The notes beneath the pieces were generated by a model, which made no database searches, had not been told where the DNA came from, and worked only from the letters and a program-made list of their open reading frames with translations. The translations under genes and the position numbers were made by a program. Of a stretch of DNA of 64,000 bases, positions 47,873 through 62,500 are shown one piece after another (position 1 is the first letter of the stretch; every line of letters begins with the position of its first letter). The DNA comes from Chrysomallon squamiferum (lineage: Eukaryota > Animalia > Mollusca), in contig CM022670.1 in NCBI GenBank assembly GCA_012295275.1, positions 62,001-126,000 on the forward strand, written 5' to 3'.

Positions 47873-50800
47873 ACTACATAATCTATAATATGAATAACAC
47901 TATCCACATATCATTCACATTTACAGGCCTAACAAGAAACTGATCCTTCATAATTTTATACTACAATTTATATGTGACATAGCCAAACAAAATGTGGCAA
48001 TATTTGAAATTCTGGAATGAGCATCAGTTAATTAATCAAGAGACTTTTTTGACAACTGAAATACTGACATTCTTGATAAATAGGCCTCATTATCTTCCTG
48101 TTCGAAATTGCAAGACAGTCTGTCTTAACTGGAACATAATCATTGGTCCCAAGTGAAATCTTTTTAGATTATGTCCACTGCTTTTTTCAGAAACTAAATA
48201 TACTAATTACATTACGAAACCATAGCAATATGACCATGACAAGTCTATGTATGTTTACATTTTAATCAAATATTGTATAATGTCTCTTATTAAGATATTA
48301 ATCACCTAGCATGTAGTAAATATACCATAAAATGTGCCATGCATAATACCTTTCAAAGTAACGATTTTGTGGATTTTCAGAAAATCTCTTTTCTTCAACT
48401 TTTGTTAACAGAAATAATACATGATTAAACTAATTCAACAACACATTTCCTGTAAAGAAATGTAGGTCAGTATATAATTTTAATTTATTGACATGATATC
48501 AAAATAATGTGCAATAGTGTTTCTCCATAAATTATATTATATTATTTCATTATTGAATTGGAATATATATATATATATATATGAGTAGGTTTTTTCTTTC
48601 TGTTTTAAATTGAGTTTCCTGTAAATATAAGCTGAACTTATGAAATTATATAAAATATGTGACAGAAAGCCACATAATATAACTTTTAACCATGAACACT
48701 TTGCTGAATTTTGGCTAAATCATGAAATTCTTTGATTTGTTAGGCCTCAGTCTTATGCTCCAACCACAAAGACTCTATATTATTTCAGTATCTTCAAATG
48801 TCAGTCAAAATAAAAAATTTATCTGTTGCCTATAATGCTATCATTATAAGTAATTTTTTTATTAATGTTTTTTTTTTTTTTTTTTTGATTACATTTGGTA
48901 AAATAATATTAAAGTTTTTTCTGTGTACAGAGAAATCTACTGTCTGTAACCCTGAAAATATTGATGTGGCACTAAATTAATGAAAGTACACTTGTGTTAT
49001 GAGATTTGTGATCACTTGTTTTAACTTGGAAATTATTGTTACTGATGGCAGTAAATGAAAAATATATATATATATACACTGCTCGTGTCTCTGTGTGTGT
49101 GTTTTCAGCAGATTTATGCAACAAATAACTATAACAAAAAAACACTAATGATTATTACATCTGACACAGAACAGAATAAAAACAAAACAAAAAATTCAGT
49201 TTCAAATGGAGACCTAATAACAAAAATTGTATCTCTGTTCATAAAATAAAATAAAAGATAATTTAAACAATGTATGAGGCATTGGCTGCAGTTATATTTT
49301 ATGATTTTGAAAAAGGGCTCTTATACAAAATTAAAGTTAAGATATCAGTTTTGTTCTTGTATTTTATTTTTTAATTCAAGTTATTTGCAAGACAGACATT
49401 TTAATTGTATTTATTTATCAAGTTTCAGTTCATTTCTAAATTATAAAACTAAAGTAAACATTGAAAAAGGTTCTCTAGGCAAATTTAAGTTTTCTTTTTG
49501 TATTTCTTTTAAATTTATATAATTCACAAATTAAAAAATATAAACTAAAATAATTCATTTCACTTCAGAATTAATAACAAAACTGTAAAGAAAATGTTGA
49601 CAGTATCTCCTTTAAGCAAATTGATCATAACAAATTTTTTATTATTATTATTATTATTTTAATTAAATATAAATAATTTATAAAATTACTTGGTAAAATA
49701 ATTCCACTTCATTTGAGAATAATAAAACTAAAAAGGAATATGTTTACAAAGGCAGTTCTCTAAGCTTAATGTGCAAAATACACATCATAATAATACCTGA
49801 GAAGTTTCTGTAGGTGGATTATTGATTACCTGGTTCCCTGGAGACCTGAAGCTTAGAAATACTTACTAATGGATGGTGATAATCTTGTGGTAAATGAAGA
49901 GAACAATACATGTTAATAAACTGATACAGGTGTGTTTTATGATTTATGAAAATGTGTAGACACAATTCCTTTACATAACTATCTGTGTTTGTTTTTTACT
50001 GCAAAATGACAATCAAATGTTTCATAACTGTTTTGTCAGTTAATCAACTATTTTAAATATATACTTGAAAATTTCAAACACATTTATTCAAATTTTTATA
50101 AGCATACTTTGTCGGGTTCTTCTGCATTCCCAGTATAAGAATAGAATCTTGGAGTCTGAATTGTTTGCTCAAGATAGTTTGTTAGAAAGAAGAGAGTTCT
50201 GTACTTTCTCAGGTATTCCTAACAGCAGTGCTTTTACTTAACCATCATGTTTGTCTGTAATAATGTTCACTGTTGTTGTTTTTTTTTTTTTTTTTTATAT
50301 TTTCTTTGCAAGGTTTTCAAACTGGTTTTGCTTAGGTTGAATTTTGTTAAAATTGAAGGTATTCTAGTGTAGTCATTGTCATGTACACAAAATGATTGAG
50401 ATATACTGAGTTGTATAGGAAAACTATAAAAATACGTGCACATTATGTATTTAATTAGATTTATCACAAAAAATAATATATAGTTTTTGTACTTTATATT
50501 TTACTATTGATTATTATTATTATTTGAATTCTATTCTTATTCTTTTTTTTTTCCCTATATATTTCATCAGCATCATTATTATTTTGTTTTATATAACCCA
50601 GTTTTTTGTTTCACCAAGCCTGTTCTCATGTTTCATTTTGCTCATTCTGTTTCACTATAGTCAGTTCTCATTAGGCTATGTATGTGATGTCTTGTTCAGT
50701 TGATTTATTTCATATCAGTGAAGGCCAGTTCCTTTTAATAATAAGATATTATATTGGTGTATCTGGAAGCCTTCATTTTCCTTACATTTTTATAATTTAT

Positions 50801-51294
50801 CATCAGAAAGTAGTCCAAATATTGATAAACAAGTCATAATATTTATCATTGTGGTACTTCAGAAAAGGAAAATGTATTTACGAACAATGAGCTGTTACAT
50901 CTTAAAATAATTATTATTCTGATTTAATAGTATTGTTCTCAGTAGGTGGGGTTGTGTTTTTTTTTTTTTTTTTTTTTTTATCTGATTTAAAATGTAAATT
51001 ATCAGCAAGATAGATATTTTGTCATATTTAAGGATGCTAATTTTCATTTGCTGCACAAAGAGAAAATTAATATTTTTATAGGCATATTAAATATGTTCAT
51101 ATTTAAATTTCTTGTGGTTTTTGTGATTTTTCAAACAGCTTATACAAGTGTATTCTATTATGAAGTAAAACTAGCTGTAGTAATTGTGAATGATTTAAAA
51201 GAAAGTTTGTCTTCTAGATATTTAGCAAATTTCACACATGTGGATATACTTCTTTCAGTGAAAAGTTGTTAAAAAATTTAAAGGAAGTAACAAA

Positions 51295-51460
51295 GGTTTT
51301 AACAAGCATAAAGTATTAAAGATGTAACAAGTATAAAGTAATAAAGATGTAACAAGTATAAAGAAAATAATAAAAAATGTAACAGTATAAAAGAAATTAT
51401 GAAGATGTAACAAATATAAAGTAAGAGGTATAAAGGAAGTAAAATAAAGATGTAGAAAGT
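51295..51460. repeat. Degenerate tandem repeat (AAAGATGTAACAAGTATAAAG)
   Basis: About 6 imperfect copies. Confidence 0.7.
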
Positions 51461-53796
51461 ACGGAGCTAATTATAACAATCTAACCTCTATAAACAAAAT
51501 AATAAAAACAATAATAAATGTAAAGGAAATATGAATGACACTGTAATTGTCTATCAGATTAATTAAAATTTACCTGAATTGATAAATATACTCACAGTAA
51601 TTATACCCTTGACAGTAACACATGCCAAGGAAATGACAAAACATTTTCAAAATATTGTTCATCTTCAGCTTGTGATCTGAGCAAGCAGAAATAAAATAAT
51701 TACTGTTACTTAAATATGTATAACTCTTGGATATATAATAATTTGGTGAATATTTTTTCCTAAATATCAGCATATACCAACTGAAATTAATTTTACACTT
51801 ATTGAGAGGTATAATGATAATGTATATATAATAATTAGTAGATGGATAAACAATGTTTATTTTCAATTTAGCATAGATAGCTCTAAATTAAACTTCAATA
51901 TTTCATGTATTTTAAGATTTGTCCAGTATTGTTTTGATTTCCCTAGTTTTGTTGTTGTTGGCTTATCTTCTTTTTTTTTTCTTTTTTTTTTAACCTAAGA
52001 TGAAACTTTTCTTAACCATTACATTTTCATTAATAAAATACTTGAAATTTAAAATTTTAATGTTTAGTTTTTTGGTTGTTTTTGTAAACTTTCAGTATTG
52101 CTATAAATTGTTAAACAAATATTCATTCATAGATTCATAGTGAACAAAGGCTTCTTTTATAAAGAATAAGGTAAAACAATTTGTTCTGCATTACTGTCTT
52201 GGAAAAGAAACCTTGAGAAGCTTAGTTAGTTGTTTTTTGTATTTTTTTAAACACACGACAAAACAAATAGACAAAAAACATTATACTTTTACATGACAGT
52301 ATAAGCTATTTGTCTGAAATACTCATTATTTCTGAAAAATAATCTTCCAGTAAGTTTAATATCAATCATGATAGATATCTGTTGCATATATTATCAGATG
52401 TTTATGTTGGAAGAGAGCTTGTTAAGGAGCTTAGCACAGTATCCTTGAGGTTTTATCTCTCTGTCAACTAATTGGTTGTTTTCTGCAAGACACACCTGCT
52501 AATCAGTCTTGTGGTCATTTACATGGACATATTCGATCTGGCACTGTTGACAGGTATACTCCGAGTTACATCAGTTGACTTCTCATATCTTCATTATCAA
52601 AGAAGATGCTGATGTTGTCATGACAACATAGCATTTCACAGCCCACGATTTAGTCTCTAATGACATATCTTTTGTCTCATGATGTTGACAGGATTATTAT
52701 TAAACCTGATATTTACTGTTTAACTAAGAAACTGGTGGTGTTCATGGTCACTGTTGTTTTGAATTCTTGCTGAATGGTTTGAGAAAAAAAAGTAGCAGAA
52801 AAATTTTATTGCTCAGTAAGATTGGGACATAATCAGGTATTGTTAGGTTTTTAAAATTTTTAATTATATTCTCAAAATATTAATACTTTTGCTTTTCAAA
52901 TTCTTACTATATAAGCCTGTACTATAACAAAATATAAATTTGTAATTTATTTTATGTACTTTTAATAAAAAATGACATCAGTATTGTTAGGCATTCTTAT
53001 TTCAGATATATTAAGGATTAGATATAATTAGGTGATATTAACAAAGTATTAATGTTGTTGAAAAAATAATGTTTGTGAGCACTGGTTCTTAAAATTTAAT
53101 TTTAGAAAGAAAAGTCGAGATTTAAAAGATATAAAGTATTAAGGTGTACTAAAAGGTACTTGGACAAGACACAAGGAAAGTTAATGATGATGTGCAGTAC
53201 AAGTAAATAGCAGTTTCATCTTTCATATTGATAGAAAAGTATTTTTTCCTTTTTCTTTTAATAAAAATCTTGAATGATTTTAAACTGATGAAGAAATTTA
53301 TAATTACAGATTTATATCAAGTTTGATTTGTTTTATTTTTGAGTGTATGTTGTTAAGATATTTGCAGTATTTGTCTTTGCCAATAGTTATCATGCAATAC
53401 TTTTTGTAAAAGTCACTGAGAACTAGTTGTTATTCTTTTGCAATTTATACTTTTTGAATATTCACTTGTTAAAATGATTATTCTCCTAAGTTGAATTTGA
53501 ACTTTTAAATGAAATAACTTCTATTTTCTTTTTGTTTCTGCTTCTTTAAGTTTACCATATCTATTTATCTATTTCATTTTAATTTAATTCAATTTTTATT
53601 TATTTTTATCTACAATGTCTAGGAAAATTTTAAACCATGTCATTACAATAAATCTCACAAAATAATTAAAATATATACTTTTTTTTTTTTTCACACTAAG
53701 CGACTAACAGTTATTTCCACGTAACAATGGAGACCAATGCTTGGTTAACATCATGGAGCTGAAAAACAGATAGCTGTTAGCAAGGTGGTTGACACC

Positions 53797-56700
53797 ATGA
53801 ATGGGTCAGCCACCCACAGGTCATCTTGCAAAATGACCAGAGACAATGTGATGATGAGAATGAGTAATGGTAATTCCAGTTCAGGTGAAGCCTTGGCCAA
53901 GACAACTCTTGTCTGTACCAATCTGTCTGCAGTCCAGGCATCTCTGCCACACAGTTCCAAATCAGAAAGCAAAGTGAATGGGTCAGGAACAAGAACTGTG
54001 GCAGCTCATCAAAGCAAAACTAATGGATCAGACAAGGCTGGGGGTGAGAGCAGAGACCACACAAAGAAGCTGGAGAGACGAGAGTCCATGGAGATGAGTC
54101 ATGTACACATGGTGTATTCACAAATGGCACCCTATCTGCATGGCCTGCAGCAAAAGGCTTGGCCCAAAGTGAAACAGTTCTTGAAGGGTCTTCAACCAGG
54201 TTCCATAGTTGCAGACATTGGTAAGTTGTTTTTGGGGGATTTTTTTTTTTTCAAACCTGAATTTTAAGACTTAATATTTTCTCTATTTCATCCATGAATA
54301 TTATATTAATTCTACTGTTTCAATATTAAATATCCAAAATGTTTCTTATTAATGATAAACTATCCCTCCAATTTAGATTATTGTTTTGTTTTTAAAATGT
54401 ATTTTTTATTATTAAATTGAACCATGGCTTGAAAATGGTTGATATAATTGCAGATGCTAGGGAACCAATTTGATGGCCCAGTATTTATGAATTTGAAATT
54501 GTGTACCAGAAGCTTTTGATACACATTGGACTAGAACCCCTAACAGCTCTGCAATAAGTAGCAATATTCTCCAACACTTGCCACTATTCTTGAAAAATGT
54601 TAACAGATTCAACATCATGTCATCCTCTATTGCAAAGTCACCAATTTCAGCAAATGCATCTTTGACAGCCATTCAATTCAATGAATTTTTAGCAACCAAC
54701 CATTCCCTGCCTTCAATTTCCATTAGTTAGAGCACCATTCAGTTTACAAACATTAACATTTGCTCCATCTGCACAAGCACAAATAAGATATTTTGTGTAC
54801 TTTTCATCAGTAATGTCATAATCATGGAAAGCATCATCTATAGCATGTTTGATACTGTCTGCAGTTACTCCACCAAAATTGCTGAACAGGCTGGCCCCTC
54901 ACTACAATCTTCACATAAATTAATTCTTTTTCGTCTCTAGTTTTGCGAGCTTCTGTGTCATCTTGTTCAACTGACATAAAGATGGCACACTGTTTGATAT
55001 CATCTCTCATTGAGTGGGCAATATAGTGAACAAAGTCCCTACTTATAAACTGCACCCCATTGTTCTTCTGTAAGGTAATCAGGGACTAGTAGTCAGATAT
55101 GGGTCTCTCCTGCATGACCAACCACAATGCTGTATTGCAATGATTCTTATATTGTTCTTTACTGGTTTTTTTCCAAATAATTTTCCAGTGGAATTAGAAC
55201 ATGTAACGTTACAATTTATTTTCACACTATCAAAAGCTGAATTTGTTTGAGAGTCTGAATTGTTTTGTGAAAATATCTTTTTTGCCCATTCGTGAAGGCT
55301 ACCTGTTTTCACATGTCATTGCACATTCGATTTGTGTATTTAGCCTATGATGCCATCGATACAGGCAAAATAAAATGTGATATGCTACTTATTTAACATT
55401 CTATCAGTACCTCTGGTACTTTGATTCTCAGAATACATTCATTGTACTGTTTTGTAGTACAGTTTGTTATGTTTATGATTTTTAATTCGCCATTTATCGC
55501 AAGAATTTTTAAAGCAAAACAGGAAGTTAATTCGTTTACTTCTGAACGTATACATATTATAATTTATATACTTTAGAAATCAGAACACAGTAGAAAACTA
55601 TGCATCCCACAAGTTATTAAAAATATAAACAACATAGAAACAATCATTTTAAATAGCGGCAGGTCTTTTCAGTTGAACATAATTTATACGGCAATTTGAC
55701 CCGGATAGGGGATAGGAAACAGAATTTACAGCGATTTCGTGATGCACGTGCTATTTAAAATATGGATACAGTACTGTACGCTAAAAGTAGGAGCACTGAC
55801 AAAAAAGTCATTAAAATATAAACAACATATAAATATAAACGGTGCTAGGCCCTTCTAGTTGTACATACAATTCATGGCGATTTCGCTAAGCACGTGCTTT
55901 CAAATGCGGAGCTGTTCTACGCACATTGTTTGAAAGGTAATTGAATAACTTCAAAAACATGCATCCTACATGTCATTAAAATATAAACAACACAGAAATA
56001 TAATCATTTTAAATAGCAGCAGTCCTTTTTAGCTGCACGTGGTATTCATATGTTATTTCTATCGTACTATACGCTAAAAGTATATAAATTTATGCGCCAT
56101 TGGCTTTGGTAGCGACGACATGCACGTTGTTGGAATTATCGAACTTTGACCTGCCTGGATGCTAAAAATAGCCGTGGTCAAGCCAAGGCGTTTGTAGAGC
56201 GACACCGCTTTAGCTTTAGGGCTGTTCACAACAGGCGGCGGATTCGTTTACCCCCAGCACGTTGAACACTCATACAAATTACTGATTTAACACACAACAA
56301 AAACAACATCACCATTTAAAAGAGCGCATAAAAATCTGTACTGCGTATATATTTATATATATATATATATTTTTTTTTTCATGTTATATTTTAAAGAAGG
56401 GATTTGGGAGTGGCGGGAAATGTACAAAATCTGCACTAATTAAGTATGTTGGGCTGTTGGTACCTTAATTAATAACTCCTTTTTAATTTTTACAAATATA
56501 ATCGATAGCAGAGATTGGTATTGGTCTTCACTGAAAATTTCATCAAGAAAGCTTGATTATTAACGATAGCGGGGAAAATGTTAAAATGTAGCTATTTTCG
56601 GTCACAAACCTCTATCGACTTAAATAGAGTTTAAATGGACAAAAATAAGTGCGTATTAGGGGGTTTGAAATTGCTGCTACTTCCTTAATTTTCAACATTA

Positions 56701-59534
56701 TCTTGATTTTGGTGTCATTTTAGAGGGGTTTACAAGCTCTTGTATTCAGATCTGTGGCGTTTGAAAAATGTGTCCACATATCAACATATATGAAACACGC
56801 AATTATACAGGGGCACATATACCTATACACATACAGATACACACACAATTGTACACATCTATTTTTGATAACAGATCTTTTTGTTTTCCCCTTTAACCAA
56901 CAGGATGTGGAAGTGGACGCTATTTGCATATTAATAAGTCTCTATACAAGCTTGGATCTGATATTTGTATTCCATTGGTTCAGTATGCAAAAGAAAAAGG
57001 TCATGAGGTCATGGTAGCAGACAACCTGAAACTGCCTTACAGAAATAACGTATTTGATGCCATTGTGTCCATTGGAGTCATCCATCATTTCTCAACTCAT
57101 GAAAGAAGAGTGCAGGCTTTCAAAGAGTTAACTAGAGTGCTTGCCCCAGGAGGAAGACTTTTGGCTTGTGTTTGGGCTTTTGAACAAAAGCATAGAAGGG
57201 TATGTTTTAATTTTAATAGATTTTTTAGGTATATTTTTGGATTTGAGAATATATATTTTCATCAGTATATATATTAGAGATAATTAAATTTTTGCAATTT
57301 CTGTTACAAATGGCAATTCAAAATGAAGTTATCGCATTTTAAAATCAGTAGGTGTGTGCAAGTTTAGCATTTTAGATTTATAAAATCACTGCAGTAGCTA
57401 TGAATTAAAAACAAAATGAAACACATCAAAATATCATAAAATAGACATGTTAGTACATTTATTTCTTAAACTGTATGTTTTTAGTGATATTTTCTATGGA
57501 ATAAATTATATAGAGGCATGCAGGTGATGTTCATATTATGTTACTTTTTAATTAAGTTGCAGTGTTGAGTATAATTTATATTTTGTTTATATTCCAGTTT
57601 GAGAGTCAGGATGTTTTGATTCCTTGGCACAAGCCACCAAAAACTGGTGAGTATGTGTTAGAGCAAGCAAAGAAAAGTTTATAATTCTTAGATATGAGGA
57701 CAGATAAAAACTGGCCAGATTAAAATGTTGATTTGTTCACTTCCTTGACAACAGGATTCTACAAGTTTTCAGAGCTACAGATAAATATACAGATATAGAT
57801 AGATAGATGTTTAAACTTTCATTTATCTTTTATATATAAATTATTAATTATTAAAGTAGTCACTATAACTTCTTCAATAATGTTATTTTGTTGCAGTTAT
57901 ATAAAATACATGTAAATGTATTAATACATCAAATATCAGAGTAGTTCTGAAAAGAAAAAAAAACAAGTGACTTTACACCCTAAATTGTAGCTATTGTTGA
58001 TTTAATATGGATTCTACAAACAAAAAAGATTGATAATACTGACTTATACAAATTATATTTGATGATATTTAATAAAAATAATAATGATAAACAAATTTTA
58101 GTTAGAATTGTAGAATATATAAATTTAAAAGTTATTTGTGTTTTATTTTCAGATCTACAAAGAGTTCGAGGATCATGTTCGGACTTTGAAAGATCAAGTA
58201 CAAGTTCTGTCAGTGATGATGACACTTCCCCCATGAGTAGCTCACATTCTGTAAATAGTATTCCTGAGTTACTGAAAACACACAACAAAGAAGAAAATCT
58301 GACATTTACACTGCATAATGGTGCCAAGAACAGAAGTCTAGTCCAGGAATGTCAAAGAGTTGAAGCCTGCATAAAAAGACTGTTACTGAAATCTCATGAT
58401 CACAACGAAGTTGTCACACATACTGATGATGATGATGCTGATGTCAAGCATGATGAATGTTGTTCACAAAGTCAAAGTTACAATTACAAATCCTCAGGGT
58501 TGAGTATCAAGTCATCTGTAACTGACTGTACAGGTACAGTTTGTGGTGAAGATTCATTGCTTGCAGTCCATTCTTCAAGTTATAAGCCATGTTCTGAAGG
58601 TAATGGAAAGGTGCAAGGTTTGAGATGGAATTTGTTTGATAAGCCCCAGATGTTAAGAAGTGATGTTCAACATGTGCCTGCCAGCCTGTCTTGGGGACCA
58701 AAACATTTTGGTGTTGGTCACTGTTCTTCTCAGGACTGTAAAAAACAGCCTTTAAGGTCACAAAGTCAGACATGTGACACATCCCATTCTGAAAAAAACA
58801 GCAATTTACCAAGAACCGGAATGTTAGAAAAAGTTAAAAACACATTTCAGAGTCTGTTCCTCTCTCATAATGAAAAAGAATATAGAAGTGTTAAAACTTT
58901 TGATGAAATTGTTCATGATGATTACAATGATATTATTTGTGGGGATTTTCCACAAGGTTTTGAAGTCAGGGAGTTTCCTCAAAGCAGTCTAGCAGGTGGT
59001 GGTTTCAGTCTTCCCAGAAAACAGTCTGCAACAACAGAATCACTGAATAAGTCTCCAGGCCAGAGATCATTATCACTGACAAACATTCCTTGTTTCATTG
59101 ATAAAAAAGAGGCCAGAAGACATCACCGAAAACAAGTCAGTAACAGCCAGGAAGAACTCAAATCTGTCACCTCAAGAACAGAGGATTCACCTTGTAAATG
59201 TTTTGAAGATGATGTCTTCGCTGGAGATGGATCTTCCTCCCAAAGTGAACAGAAACAAAATGGTGTCCAGAGTTGTCACAGGCGATCTTGTCCTAGTATT
59301 TTAGCTGATGAAAAGAAAGAGTTTGTGACAAATGGAGTGGAAAAAAAGGCTGTTGGGGATAATCTAAAAGAAATGTCTTTCTTCAATTCAGAACTCTGCA
59401 GATATTACCACGTGTTTAAGGAAGGAGAGTTAAAGAAACTTGTCAGTGACAACATTGATGACTTGATTATTGTAGACACTTACTTTGATCATTCCAACTG
59501 GTGTCTCATTGCAGAGAAATGTGGTAATACTTAA
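53797..59534 (+). CDS. TRMT9B: tRNA methyltransferase 9B-like (Trm9 / ALKBH8 methyltransferase family, KIAA1456 type)
   Basis: Exons 53797-54220, 56904-57199, 57598-57646, 58153-59534. Motifs: HVHMVYSQMAP, AWPKVKQFL, ADIGCGSGRYL, FDAIVSIGVIHHFST, FESQDVLIPW, long low-complexity insert, then RYYHVFKEGEL...FDHSNWCLIAEK. No RRM or AlkB domain seen, arguing against ALKBH8. Confidence 0.88.
54468..55368 (-). mobile_element. Internal fragment of the same hAT transposase family as 39520-42330
   Basis: Reverse complement matches about 39930-40874; [49 protein letters not shown] is identical in both copies. Confidence 0.92.
55595..56080. repeat. Three dispersed imperfect direct repeats (ATTAAAATATAAACAACA...)
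   Basis: Copies near 55615, 55810 and 55975; copies 1 and 3 also share ATGCATCC and ATCATTTTAAATAGC. Confidence 0.7.
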
Positions 59535-62500
59535 TATGTTTGATTTTAGCCTTTTTAACAGCAGTGTTTATAATCTTGTTATTCAGTTTTATTTTATGGT
59601 TGAAATTAATGTAAATGTATTTGACAGTATTTACAGGTGCAGTGATTAACCCAACGAAAATATAAATCCCATAATATTCAAAGTACTAATCTCAGTAAAG
59701 ATATTATTTCTAAACTATATTTTTCATCTGCAATTACAAAAAAGATTATGAAAATAAATTCCCCAACAACGGGATCCTAATAATTTATCAACATAAAATC
59801 TTACAGAATTTTTAAAGTTTTATTTTTCAGTTTAGTTGATTTTAAACATTAATTTTCATTTTATTAATTGTATTTTTCTTTGTTACTTCTATATGTAATA
59901 TTATTTATATTGTGCCTTTGTATTTATTAATACATTCAACTGTTATTTGTTAATGCATACAATTCTACTAGCATATCAGCATTATTTTATTGTGCCAGAT
60001 GTTTGTGAAATATTCCAGTATTTTCTCTTTTTGGGGGCTGGATAGGGCATTTAACCACATCATCATTATTTTCAGTATTTGCCATAATTTATTAACATGA
60101 AGTATTGAAATGTGAATTTTGTATTTTTTCCATGACATCTGAGCTACTTAATCTTAGTGAGGTGCTTATTTTTACAAAATGTATTACTGCTTCTCTAAAG
60201 TAAGTACTTTATATATTTTATAATTTATCCAAGAAAACTTTAGCTGAAGCTTTTGTTTAGATATTTTCCTGCATTAAAATACTTAAAACCTTGGCATTTT
60301 TAGTCCTTGAAACCACTTAGTGAAGCAGGGCAACAAGCAGTCTATTACTATTTTCTATTAATTTATTTATTTATTTTTTTTTTTTTAACAGTACTCACTC
60401 ATTTTAGTTCACTGTTTTATAGTTCATAGTTAATAAAATTAAAGTTACTTAATGAGAAATTATTGTAATTAAATTTCCGTCCACATTTTTCTATTTTTAG
60501 TAATTAAAATGAGTGATTAATCTAAAGTGGTTTTAATCTTGTTAATTATGTAAATATTAGCAAGTCTTATTCTGATAACATTCAGCTTCTACAATTTGAT
60601 CATTTTAAATTATACATATCTCAGATTTTCATTTTGATTTGTATTATTTAAAAATATTTTTATTTATTTATAGTGTACAAAGCATTATAACAATGTGTAT
60701 CTCATGTTATCAATCAAAACTTTTACATTTGTTAATACATACAATACTTTACTTAAGTTTACTTAACAAAATGAATGACAAATTTAATTTGAAATAACCA
60801 AGAATTAGGACATCACTGACACATTTGCATTATCCATCAGCTTTCAAGTATTTTTATATTTCTATGTAAAACTGGATGTCATATTTACATTAAAAAATAT
60901 ATATCTATATATATATATATAAAAGAATAAAATGGCAGCTTCCTTCAAATGCCATTGATTTGTTATTGTCTGGTCAAAGGTTTATTTTTAGTAATGATTG
61001 CTCTTCAGTTACTAAGAAGCATACAATATATTTATGATGCCAGTACTGTAAGTAAGAATTGATGTATATATAGGAATTAATACAGTTCAACTTTCAGAGT
61101 ATTACTGTTTATTTATTTATTTATTCAGGGGGTATCTATTTTATTTTAATTATTATTATTAGTAGTAGTAGTGTTATTTTAAAAGCAATAAAACAGTTTA
61201 TCATTTTTTTATTTAAAAAAGAATATACCAGTTGTAATTATCTTGTGTGATTTTGTATGTGTGTGTGTGTGTGATTTTATTTCCAAACCAGGTGAATTTT
61301 AAAATTTAAAGTGATAACTGATTTTTAACGTAACTCACCATCTACATAGGGAATATTAACATATCAAAATATTGTGTTTTCTGTGTAATAAAATGTTTTA
61401 AATGACACTTGTTAATGAAATGTGTTTTATTGAATTTTGGAGTTTGGGGGTATTGTGTTTGTAAATGTTTTCATTTTAAATAATGTATTTAAATAAAATA
61501 CAGTGTAACTGTTATGACTTTTCATATGCATATAATGAATAATATTTATATTTTAAAAATAAAATGAAATGAAATAAAATAAAATAAAAAAAAAAATCCC
61601 TGGCATAATGCACTTAAATTTCACCAAAATGGTTTACTTGATTATTCTACTAAAACACAGCCAATGTAATGAAAATTATAATACAATTCCACTACAGAAC
61701 TGAATGCTCTACATTAATTTACATTAGTGGAGAGTTGAATCAAAAATGAGCTGTGTCAACAAGAAATTAAAAAATATTGATGCTGACTGGCTTGTATAAT
61801 TTTTATGTCAGGTTATTGTTAGGGTTTTAAAAAAAAAAAAAAATTGTTTGTTTTGGAGGGGGTGGAATGCAAATCATTTCATTTTGTGAAATAAAAAATT
61901 GATTTCAAAAGCCATTTATTATTTTCACTTTTATTTCCAATTTGTAATGTACAGTTTCTTACACTGATAAACAGATAATCCTGAGCATTTTAATTATATC
62001 TCCATGGAGATTTAATTGTGACAAAACTTGTTTACTGACTGCTGACATTTCAAGCAGCATGCTTGAATATTTCACTTAATTATATAAACTCACAGCCAGC
62101 TCTTTATAATGCATTATAAAACTACATACCTCACACCAAACTGACCTTCTGACCTTCTGACCATTACTGATGGACATTATGATGTAACAACACAGATGGA
62201 CAGTACTTGTGGGAATATTTTTCTTTATAAAGTAATGGTCCTAATACAACAGAATACAAAAATAAATTATTAAAGTAAGTAAATAAATACTCACTGTATT
62301 GTTATAAATAAAGGTAAAGCAAATAAGTAGTACAAAATACAAAAATAAACAAAATGGACGGCATAAATAAAATACAAATGAGTAAACCTGCTCAAAAGAT
62401 ATCACAGAAAACATGGACAATGAAATGAAAACAATGGTTTAAAATGATTAAAAAAATAATAATCTTCAAATGCTTATGTGTGAATGTTTTTCGTTTACTT

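Noticed and set aside
47900-52840. Scattered GC-richer patches with donor-like sites upstream of TRMT9B
   Set aside because: May be 5'UTR exons, but there is no ORF or homology to support coordinates.
58153-59390. Roughly 400-aa Ser-rich insert splitting the methyltransferase
   Set aside because: A long insert at this position is typical of TRMT9B/KIAA1456.
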